Below are positions 26,921-37,600 of a DNA stretch of 64,000 nt, in pieces. The translations under genes and the position numbers were made by a program. Origin of the DNA: a bacterium. GTDB lineage: Bacteria > Electryoneota > JAOADG01. Numbering within the stretch: the stretch's first letter is position 1; each line of letters begins with the position of its first letter. The stretch is taken from assembly GCA_963681965.1 (NCBI GenBank), contig OY820579.1, positions 128,001 through 192,000 on the forward strand, written 5' to 3'. The notes beneath the pieces are model-generated. The model had not been told where the DNA came from. It saw only the letters and a list, made by a program, of their open reading frames with translations, and searched no databases.

Positions 26921-28339
26921 ATGACTGATTCTACTCATCCTCTGCAAGAAAAATCCGAAGTCGTCGAATTAATCAAACCGATAATGGAAGCGGGAAGACA
27001 TCTGCAGCATCAAGGCGATCTCGTGAATGCGCGTCTACAGTTCACGCAAGCGCTTGCGATCTGCCGCGAGCGCATCGATCCGGTACGCGAGGCATTTTGC
27101 CTTCAAGTGATTGCTGCGATCGATCTCGATAGCGGTAATTTTGAATCGGCATTCGAAAATTACCAAAACGCTTACAACATACTTCTTGCGAACAATCGAC
27201 GCGATCACCTGATTCCTTCAATCAGTGGAATAGGATATCTTTACCAGATTCAGGGACAATACGATCTGGCGAAAAACAATGCGGAAGAAGCGCTATCACT
27301 TGCTCGCGAATTCAAACTGCGGCGTTTTGAAGCGGCGATGTTAGGTAACCTTGGGGTTCTTTACCTAGAATTAAAGGAAATCGAAAAGGCAGGCATACAT
27401 CTTGAGCAAGCCTTAGCGATACATCGGGAGGATGGCAATCGCGATCTGGAAGCGCAGTGTTTGATCGATTATGCCAAGGTTCTGACATTTTCCGAAAAAT
27501 TCGATGAAGCGATTGAAACCGCCAACCAAGCGTATCTCTTAGCGGTAGAATTGGGAATCCGGAACACCGAGGCAATCGCATTGTCCTCGAAAGGTCTAGC
27601 GCTTTTACAGGCGAATCATTGGCAAGAAAGCGTACAAGTTTCAACCCAAGCATTAGAGATCTTTCGAGAATTGGGAAATCGTAGATTCATACTGATCACA
27701 CTAACCAACATCGGACTGGCATTACAAAACGACAATCATCCGATCGAAGCGGAGAAAGCGTACCGGGAAGTAATCCAGATCTGTCGCGATCACGACGATC
27801 TTCACTCCCAGTTGTATGCCGTCATGAATCTTGGGATGTTAAATTTAGGGTTGGAAAAAACGGAAGAAGCGGAACACCAACTATTGGAAGCGATCGAAAT
27901 TGTTCGCGGCTCGCACAATTATTCCATCATGGCAGTCATTCTTATGGAGTTATCGTTACTCTACATCTCGATCAATTCCTGGGAACTGGCAACCGATTGT
28001 ATCGACCAGGCATTGACCCTTCCCAGCGAATGGGTTTCAGTCAACAAAAATCCACTGCTCTTCGCTGTTGCCAGCGCGTGCAAAGCCAAAATGTGCCATT
28101 GGGAGCAATCGGATGCATATTTGAAGCAAGTGGAAAATAATACCGATTGCAATCAAGAATACGAACAGGCTGCTCTATTGATTGCCACTGGATATCGAGC
28201 ACGTTTAAAAGGGGATCGCGAGACTGTTTACACGATAATGGAACAATTGAATCGTGAAATTAGTAAAGAATCGCTGTGCGTATTCAATGAATTAGGACTG
28301 TTTTACCGGATTTTCAGAAAACAGATGGCATTCGATTAA
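26921..28339 (+). CDS. Tetratricopeptide repeat protein (40-aa MalT/TPR_12-like repeats)
   Basis: Repeats such as 'AAMLGNLGVLY...A...LEQALAIHRE.GNR' with about 40-aa periodicity. Confidence 0.85.
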   Translation: MTDSTHPLQEKSEVVELIKPIMEAGRHLQHQGDLVNARLQFTQALAICRERIDPVREAFCLQVIAAIDLDSGNFESAFENYQNAYNILLANNRRDHLIPSISGIGYLYQIQGQYDLAKNNAEEALSLAREFKLRRFEAAMLGNLGVLYLELKEIEKAGIHLEQALAIHREDGNRDLEAQCLIDYAKVLTFSEKFDEAIETANQAYLLAVELGIRNTEAIALSSKGLALLQANHWQESVQVSTQALEIFRELGNRRFILITLTNIGLALQNDNHPIEAEKAYREVIQICRDHDDLHSQLYAVMNLGMLNLGLEKTEEAEHQLLEAIEIVRGSHNYSIMAVILMELSLLYISINSWELATDCIDQALTLPSEWVSVNKNPLLFAVASACKAKMCHWEQSDAYLKQVENNTDCNQEYEQAALLIATGYRARLKGDRETVYTIMEQLNREISKESLCVFNELGLFYRIFRKQMAFD

Positions 28340-28396
28340 TCCGAATTCGAACTCGAAATCGACTTTTTACCATTTACTCAGTTGCGAATTCGCCTA

Positions 28397-30781
28397 TCAT
28401 GATTTGTCGGTCAGATCCAGAATTTTTCGAACTTTGTTCGAGAGCGTTTTCAGTGAGAATGGTTTCGGTAAAAAATTCAGTTCGTAATTGAAGGTCTGGT
28501 TCTTTTCTAAAATATCGGCGGTATATCCGGAGATCAATAAATATTTGATGTCGGGATTCAATTTCATCAGCGTATCCGCCAGTTCGATTCCATTCATTTC
28601 CGGCATAATAACATCGGTAATTAATAATTGAATTGTCGATGGATTCTCAGTCGTGATTGAAATCGCTTCACTCGGACATGTGGCTGTGAGTACGTTGTAT
28701 CCCAATTGTTGCAGTTGTGATTGAACCATAAGAAGAATTGCCGATTCATCCTCAACGATTAAAATTGTTTCCCCTTTTCCGATTTGTAACGATTTGTCGA
28801 TTACACTTTGCTCGGACCCGACCTCACGGGCTATAATCGGTAAGTAAATTTTGAACGTGGATCCGCCACCTGCTTTGCTAATCAGATCAATGAAACCATG
28901 ATTCTGATTCACGATACCGTAAACTGTCGCCAACCCCAACCCGGTTCCTTGTCCGAGCGCTTTTGTAGTAAAAAATGGTTCGAAGATATGTTCGATATCC
29001 TCATTTCGAATTCCACACCCAGTATCGCTAATCGAGAGTACCGCATAATTACCCGGTTTAATCATTTGATGTAAAACCGAAAATTCTTCGGTAACGAGCA
29101 CAGGCTCGGTTTCAATCGCTATCGAACCGGTTCCGGTGATTGCATCTCGGGCGTTCACGGTAAGATTTGCCAATATCTGATCGAGCTGACTGGGATCGAT
29201 GAAGATATTTCCAATCCGGTGTCCGGGTTTCCAACTCAATTCGATATTCTCACCGATCAATCGCTGCAACATTTTCAACATCGACGAGACGGTTTCGTTC
29301 AAATCCAACAATTTGGGAATAACATTTTGCTTTCTGGCAAAAGCCAATAATTGCCTCGTCAAATCTGCAGACCGAACGGCGGCATTTTGAATTTCTTGAA
29401 TGTCGTTAAACAAGGGATTGTCGGTTTCAAGATTTTCCATCGCTAATTCGGTGTGACCGATAATTGCTTGCAGCATATTATTAAAATCGTGCGCAACACC
29501 ACCTGCCAATCTTCCAATCGATTCCATCTTCTGCAATTGTGCCAATTGGAGCTGCATTTTTTCACGTTCGATCGAGGCATGATACCGCTCGGTCGTATCG
29601 ATTGTGAATCCGGCAAGATAGCGCGGTTTTCCTTTGACACTAATGGGGAATTTAATCGTCGAGTAATGGCGATCATTTAACTCTTCTTCGATGGTGATCG
29701 CTTTCCCTTCGAACAGAATATTTTTATCGACAGCGATCATGCTTTCCGCCAGTGATTGCGGAAATAATTCAGTCATATCCTTACCGAGTATTTCATCGAT
29801 TGGGCGACCAAGCATCTGTTCGAAATTGCTACTTAACCGGATCGCTCGAATATTTTCATCTTTGAAAAACACGAATACCGGGCTGTGTTCCATGAATTGA
29901 GCAAATATTTCTTCACTCTCGTGCAGTGCTTCTTCGGTGTGAACTCGATCGGTAATATCGGTAATAATCGCACCCAGCAAAGGTTTACCGTTGGTCAAAT
30001 CGATGCGGAATTTTTGAGTAAAATAGATATGCTGCTTACCAAACTTGTCGGTCCATTCTTCCTGATATGCTGTCGATCCAGTTTCAAATACCTCACGATC
30101 CTTTGCCACCATCATATTAGCAACATCGGTTTCGAACAGCTCGTGTGGTGTTTTTCCAAACCATTGATCGAAGGGAAACATTTTTTTGAATTGATCGTTA
30201 CAATAAATCGGACGTAAATCGTTATCCTTTATTAGAATCAGAGCCGGCACGTAATCCATGAACCCTTTAAGCCGCGCTTCACTTTCCTGCAGCGCCAGTT
30301 CGGTATTTTTCCGGTTAGTAATGTCGGTGTGCGTTCCTGCAATTAATTCGGGTTTTCCTTCGGGGGTGTATCGGTAGATTTTTCCACGATCAAGAATCCA
30401 TATCCAATGACCGTCTTTATGTTTCATTCGATATTCGACTTCGTAAAATTCTTTTCTTCCCTCGCGATGATCTTTAATAGCAAGATTTGTTACTCCGAGA
30501 TCGTCGGGATGGACTTTCGATTTCCAGGTTTCATGCGATAACGGCTTCAACTCGTCGAGCGTGTACCCGAGAATATTCGCCCAGCGTTCGTTATATACAA
30601 CGGTATTGGAGATCGTATTCCACTGCCAAGTGCCAACATCAGCGCCATTAATTACACTAGACAACTGAAAATTGATTTCAGTTAGTTGTTCGGAGTTTGC
30701 CAGTAAACTGATTTGTTTTTTAAGTTCCGCGTTTTCGCGTTTCAATTGATTTATTAGCTGTTCTGTATCTTTCATCTTCAA
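28397..30781 (-). CDS. Hybrid sensor histidine kinase (3 PAS, HisKA, HATPase, REC)
   Basis: 'VHPDD...[12 protein letters not shown]' PAS/PAC, 'GGVAHDFNN', '[14 protein letters not shown]', 'LLITDVIMP'; the start may be the ATG at 30775. Confidence 0.92.
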   Translation of the reverse strand: MKMKDTEQLINQLKRENAELKKQISLLANSEQLTEINFQLSSVINGADVGTWQWNTISNTVVYNERWANILGYTLDELKPLSHETWKSKVHPDDLGVTNLAIKDHREGRKEFYEVEYRMKHKDGHWIWILDRGKIYRYTPEGKPELIAGTHTDITNRKNTELALQESEARLKGFMDYVPALILIKDNDLRPIYCNDQFKKMFPFDQWFGKTPHELFETDVANMMVAKDREVFETGSTAYQEEWTDKFGKQHIYFTQKFRIDLTNGKPLLGAIITDITDRVHTEEALHESEEIFAQFMEHSPVFVFFKDENIRAIRLSSNFEQMLGRPIDEILGKDMTELFPQSLAESMIAVDKNILFEGKAITIEEELNDRHYSTIKFPISVKGKPRYLAGFTIDTTERYHASIEREKMQLQLAQLQKMESIGRLAGGVAHDFNNMLQAIIGHTELAMENLETDNPLFNDIQEIQNAAVRSADLTRQLLAFARKQNVIPKLLDLNETVSSMLKMLQRLIGENIELSWKPGHRIGNIFIDPSQLDQILANLTVNARDAITGTGSIAIETEPVLVTEEFSVLHQMIKPGNYAVLSISDTGCGIRNEDIEHIFEPFFTTKALGQGTGLGLATVYGIVNQNHGFIDLISKAGGGSTFKIYLPIIAREVGSEQSVIDKSLQIGKGETILIVEDESAILLMVQSQLQQLGYNVLTATCPSEAISITTENPSTIQLLITDVIMPEMNGIELADTLMKLNPDIKYLLISGYTADILEKNQTFNYELNFLPKPFSLKTLSNKVRKILDLTDKS

Positions 30782-31086
30782 TCTTCCATTCTACGCATTT
30801 CAGTTCAGTGAAGGATATTTACAATAGAAAATTGGGATTCGCCGTGAATCACTTGCCGCGGATTAGACTGGTATCACAGACTTGCGTGGAATCAGCAATG
30901 ATGCTCCAATCAACTCGACGTTTATGCAACTGTCAATGTACTCTAGTTTCGGAGTAAAGCGAACACTTATTGAGTAATTTAACAAAGAAACCGACTGCAT
31001 CGAAAAATATACCCTGTATTAGATAATTATCCGATAAGAAACTCAACGCTGATAGCCGCTACGATCAATGTATCGCAACGAATTAT

Positions 31087-31204
31087 TATAGTGGATCTTG
31101 AAAATAAGTTGTTATGATTTGGTGTCAGGCTTCGCCTGACCTGCGGGCGGATGCGGGGATCCGTCCCTACTTCCGAGAACAACTTATTTTCAAGAGATAC
31201 GATA
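31087..31204. mobile_element. MITE-like element copy 2 (118 bp)
   Basis: TATAGTGGATCTTGAAAATAAGTTGTT ... AACAACTTATTTTCAAGAGATACGATA inverted ends; same internal hairpins as copy 1. Confidence 0.82.
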
Positions 31205-31676
31205 TCATCTTAGCGACCTGCCTATCCAATTCATTATCCCGATTAATTTCAAACCATATCGCCGACATGCTCATTCGGTTTCTACTTCATTCCATCTAAC
31301 GTCTTTATCGATAACCGATTGAATCTTAACATTCAAAATCATTTTTACTATCATTGATCATATGTAATTTATTTGTGCCAATACTCACAAACAGTTTTTA
31401 TGGTTTCTAGATATTACTTGCATGTTTCTCCTGTTTCAGCTACTTTTCATTGATCGATCGAAATAAACATATTTCGAGGAATATCACGATAATACCAGTG
31501 TTAATTTTATTGTCGAATTTGATTTCGCGAATTCATATCGAACAACGATTATTATGGTTATATCAAGTATTTTTTCGGTAATCGATCAATCCATGCTCTG
31601 ACCTTCTTTCTTCGTGTATCATTACCGCATTCGATTTTCCATCAAAAAATATTTATTACGTCTTCATGGAGGAAAT

Positions 31677-34600
31677 ATGTCCCCAATGCGCTTATTGCTT
31701 CGTTTATCATTTCTAACTCTATTTTTCTTATCGTTGTCACTTTCCGCAATCGCTCAACCTGCAGCTATAATCAATGAATGGACTCAAGGATTACCATCGG
31801 GTTGGTATGGCGAATTGTGGATCTCCCAAGCAGTGTGGTCCGAAATTCTGGTCGTCCAAGATAATTTGAACATGCAGAATTGGACATTGCGCGGACGCGA
31901 CGGTGGCATCACATTTTCGGGATCGATCTGGCAATCGGTACCAGCAGGTACTTTGATTGTGATCTACAATTCGTCCTCCCGCGATCCGATTCTTCCTACC
32001 GACGATTTGAGTATGTCCGATGGCAATTTTCTGATTGTCGCTCCGGACAATTGGAATCAACTGTCTGGAACCTGTCCCTTACTCGATCAAGCGAATTCAC
32101 CTTACTGGGCTTATCAGAACAATCTGATTCTAAAAAACGCGAGTAACGAAACTATTCACGATTGGGACAACGGCAACGATGCGAATCTAACTCCCTCCCA
32201 TCGTCCCACAACCAATCAATCTGTCTATTTCTCAGGCGGTGCTGGAGATAATACCACCCTTTTCACTCCGGCGAATTGGGTTCTCGCCGCAGCAAATGCA
32301 GCCACACCAGGAAGTTCCAACGGCGGTTCGAATACTACTTGGATTCAGTCGTTGCGAAATTCTCCCCCCACTGCACCGAATAATGCTTCGTTGTCAGACA
32401 TTTCAGCGACATCGATGACGTTGAACTGGGTAGATAACTCGAGCAATGAGACCGGATTTAATATTTTCACTTCGACCGATGGAACTAATTTCAATTTACT
32501 GACACAAACACTTACCAATGTCAGTTCCAGAGTCATCGACAATCTCAATCCAAACACTCATTATTGGTATCGCGTTTCATCGTTCAACACCGGCGGCGAA
32601 TCCTCCACATATACTTCGATTTCCAGTTGGACGAACGCTGCCGTTCCCGGTACTCCGACAATTGTCACGGTACGTCAATCGACAGTCGATGTATCGATCT
32701 CAAACAACGCGCTTACTCCCAATCCCTCGAATACCGAGTATTCGTTTATCGAACTCAATTCCAATCTATACGTTCAACTCGACGGACGCTTGTCATCCAG
32801 CCCAGCGTGGCTCACGCAAGCGCAATGGGGCAATACAATTGTAATCGGACTGCTTCCGGAACAATCGTATTTGTTCGGTGCGGTAGCCAGAAACAACCCC
32901 GGAACGATGACATCACCATCAAGCGGCGCCAGTGTCACATTAAATGCAGCAACTACGCTACCATTTAGCGAAGATTTCAGTGGAACACCGTTTCCACCGA
33001 CTTACTGGCAAATGAAGAATTACGACTACGGCATCACTTGGACACGTAACAATCTGGGTTGCAATACTCCCGGCAGCGCGTCAATGAACAACACAACTTC
33101 CCCCTCCGGTCAATGGGATATCCTCGGGTCACCTATTTTCAATACGACCGGTCTCGATTATGCGCTATTAACATTCGACTGGTTTTACAGCATGATGTCA
33201 TCGGGACAGGATTCACTGATTGTGATTTACTCGTTCGACGACTTCAACTATACCCCATTTTGGGTTCGTTGGCGCGGTGGACCGGGCGATTACCGGTTAG
33301 GAACGGGTCTGTCGGCAATGCCGAACGAACCCGGATCCTTGGCATCGACGTGGGGACATGCCGAAATCTCACTTCCCTCCGCCGTTTTGAATCAACCACA
33401 TGTTCGATTCGCGTGGCTTGATGTTTCCCGCGGCGGCTATCCGGTTTTTGTCGATAACGTCAAATTGCTACGCGCTACCGATTTGGTGCAATGGACTGCA
33501 CCCGCAAGTATGTCCATGCTGCGCATCGGCGAAGTAAGTACTTTAGCGTGGTCGGGAGTTGCTGCTGCCGGAACCGTCAATATTGAAATCAATCGGGATG
33601 CGACATCGAATACTTGGGAAACGCTCTACAGCAATCAACCGTCGACTGGATCGGTGGATTGGACAGTCACCGGACCGGCGTCCACCAATGCCCAGTTCCG
33701 CGTCGTCTCGAATGCACAACCGCTTGCAATTAGTACTAGCATATCCGGCTTTTACATTCAACAACCAACTTTGACATTTACTACGCCGATTCCCGAACAA
33801 GTGTTCGTTATCGGTAATTCATTATCGATCGGTTGGTTGTCGGAGTACATGTCGGAAAATGTCAAGCTAGAGATTAATCGGAATTATCCAACGGGCAGTT
33901 GGGAAACACTAGTCGACATGTACGGTGTATTGACCGGTAATTACAATTGGACGATAACCGGCGATGCAGGAATGCATGCGCGGCTTCGGCTGACGAGTCT
34001 TCAGAATTCATCGATCATGGTTCTATCGAACGAATTCGCTCTTGTATCCAATACCAATGTCACGTTCAATCTCGATCTCCGATCGGTTCTACAGTCGAAA
34101 TTGCTGGAACGATCGCACATGATACCGATGTTGAGCGTCTTGACTGGAACCTACACCGGAAGCTGGCAAATGTCCGACGCTGACAACGACAGCATTTATT
34201 CGCTGACAATCGCTCAACGTTACAGTGACACCATCCATTACAATTACTCGATCGATCCGTATATGTTCGGCGGATCCTCAAACGAATTAGTTTACGAACG
34301 CGGCGGCGAAGCGGATTATCGCTCCTTCGCGGTAACCGAAATGAATCCGACAATTGCGACCAGCGTGTTCGACGAATATTCCGTTCCGGGAATTGAGAGT
34401 GGATCATCCGGACATGTAGTGAATAATTTTCTCGCTGGTAACCCGGATTATCGATCATTTTCTGGCGACAATCAGGAAACCTTCATCGGTATCGACTTCG
34501 GTTCGCTTAGTCGGTCGAACATCGTCTCGGTAGATCATTTTCTTACCGATGCCGGCGGTACCGCTCCGGGTGGAATTGCATCGGTAGCATCGAATGGTTA

Positions 34601-37600
34601 TTGGCGTATCAGCACAATCGCTCAGAGCATAGTATACTCAGCCGATTTGGCAATCGATTACAATTGGATCACCGGAATTACCGATCCGAGCGATTTACGT
34701 GTCCTGTTCAGTACCAATACGGGAACCCAATGGTCGACAATTCCATCGACTGTCGACGTGGTCAATCACACGTTACACGCTACTGTCAGCGAACTTGCCG
34801 GTTACTGGACATTGGGTTCCGCTACCGGATCGAATTCGCTGCTTCCGCTCGCACCGGCAGCGGTTTTGCAACTATCTCCAACTGTCGACGAATACCCGGT
34901 AAACGAACGTCCGACATTCAATTGGACCAATGTTCCGAACAACCGCTATTATCACCTTTACGTTTGGCGCGATGGTTCAGCCGAGCCGACGGTTCCGAAC
35001 TATCCGAACATCAGTTCGACTCCCTATTTGTTGAATGGATATCTCGATTTCGGAGCGACATACCATTGGAAAGTAGCATCGTCCAATTTGTACGGCAGTG
35101 CGATGAGTGGTACACGCACCTTCACCGTTCGGACAGTTCCCGACCTGCGTATTGCCGATATAACTGTACCTTCGGAAGCGTCCTCGGATCAAACGATCAC
35201 GGTCAATTGGACGACAGCCAATGACGGACCGGGTGCGACGAATTTACCATCCTGGATGGAGTTTGTTTACTTTTCACCCGATTCGGTGTTTGCCTTGGAT
35301 CGAACACCGTTGGTCGCGCAGATTGAAAATATCAGCGCTCTAGCGGTTGGCGATTCCTATATCAACACGGCAACCATTCATGTTCCGATCACAGCATTCG
35401 GCGATTATTACGTCTGGGTTCAATGCCGATACACTGGCGCGGAACGCGGTACTGCTAACAATATGCTGCGCAGTGTCGCAATTCCAGTGACGCAATCGCC
35501 ATCTGCCGATCTTCAAACAACCGACGTGCAAGTATCTGCCAACGCATTTAGTGGACAGAACACGTTGGTAAGTTGGACGGTGGAGAATTTCGGTTCCGGT
35601 CGAACGAATCTATTTTACTGGGAAGATTATATCTATCTCTCGCAAGATTCCGCATTCGATACAACCGATATTGAGTTGAAGCGCGTCAGACACAACGGAT
35701 ATCTCCTTCCGGGTGAGACTTACACAGCGACTGAAAACGTCAAGATCCCGGATGGCACGATCGGTATGCGGTATATGATCGTGCACGGCGATGGTGGGAA
35801 TTTTGTGTATGAGTATATTCACGAGAATAACAATCAGCGAATCTCGTCGGGTATGAATATCCATTTGACTCCTCCTCCGGATCTTGAGATCTCGAATATC
35901 AATTGCGCTGCGAATATTATGTCCGGTCAGAGCATTGCGCTCGCATGGACTGTCACGAATGTAGGTTCGAATACAGCCATTGGAGGTTGGACCGATTCGA
36001 TTTTTATCTCACGGACAATTGAAGATGTGACATATTTTGAACCGATCGCGTCTTATTACAACACGCGTACTCTCGACCCCGAAGCTAGTTACATGATCAC
36101 GCAGAACATCATCGTTCCGAACGGTCGGTCGGGATCGACCAGCTTCAAGATTAAAACGGACGCGGGGAATGTTGTTTACGAGTATACCTTCGAAGACAAC
36201 AATACCGGGTTCTCAAACTTCTTCACGGTCGGATTGACACCTTGGTCGAATCTTATCATTCCCACGATCACCACCGATGCTGCCAGCTCGCCGGGGACAT
36301 GGGGTTCAGCCATGATTACCGTTCGAAATTCCGGAGTCGGTTCAACGGTACCCAATGCCTGGTTCGATCGAATGTATGCAGCACAATCCCGTACCGCACC
36401 CTATAATCAATGGTATCCACTGGAAGGCGTTTCGCATACCGGTACTTTGCTCACCGGTCAGTCGACCATCGAGAAAATCGATTTTACGTTCCCGAACTGG
36501 AATATCGACACAATCTATATCAAGGCGTTGGCTGATGCGGGCAATGCGGTTTACGAACATACCGACGAAAGCGACAACTATAGCGAGATCAAAGCTGTGG
36601 CGATGTCGGCTTCCGTCTCGGATTTGGCAATCGATACTATCTCCGTTCCAGCATCGGCATCGACCGGTCAAACAATAACCGTATCCTGGCGCGTAACGAA
36701 TATCGGCAACGATCAGACCAGTACTCGCGATTGGTACGATTATATCTATGTTTCGACCGACGCAGTATTGAGCAGCGACGATCAACGTATCGGGCTAGCG
36801 GAACATATTGACTGGTTGTATCCTTCGAACGGCTACACCCAGAGTTTGAGTGTAACGTTGCCGGCCGATGTATTCGGACATTGTTATCTTTTGTTCCAAA
36901 CCGATCCGCAACAGTGGGTGATCGAAACCAATCGCGCGAATAATATTGTAGCATCACCCATCGAAATCGCATTGACTCCGCCACCGGATCTACAGGTTTC
37001 GGCAATTCGCGCTCCCGCCACCGGCAATGCCGGACAACCGGTCAAGATCGTATGGACGGTATTGAACAACGGCATTGGCGCTGCGGAAAATGGCTGGACT
37101 GACGGCTTGTATTTGTCGCAAGACGCGATCCTTGATCGCTGGGACATTTATCTAACATCCAAGTCGCGATCGTTACCGTTACTGGCAAGCGAAAGCTACT
37201 CGGATTCAATCACTCTGGATTTACCCAACTATATCGCCGGTCAATATTATCTGATCGCGGCGACCGATCTTAACGATCGCGTATACGAATATCAACATGA
37301 AGACAACAACATTCGTTTCGTGATGATGAACATTATTCTTCCAGCGCCATGCGATTTGATCGTGTCTTCGATCGATGCACCGGCGACTGCGACTCCGGGC
37401 GACCCGGTTAATATTTCTTATACGCTCAGCAACATCGGTTCCAATCCGGCAACTGGTTATCTTCGAACCGGTGTTTATTTCTCGAGTGACACGACCTGGG
37501 ATATCAACGATCCATTGTTGGCAATCGATTATCGCAGCATTTCGATCGCTTCCGGCGATGGCGCGCCGATTTCGCAAGTGATCAAAGTAAATCAGGCGAT

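Noticed and set aside
31114-31299. 61-aa ORF
   Set aside because: It starts within the MITE copy and has no RBS or coding features
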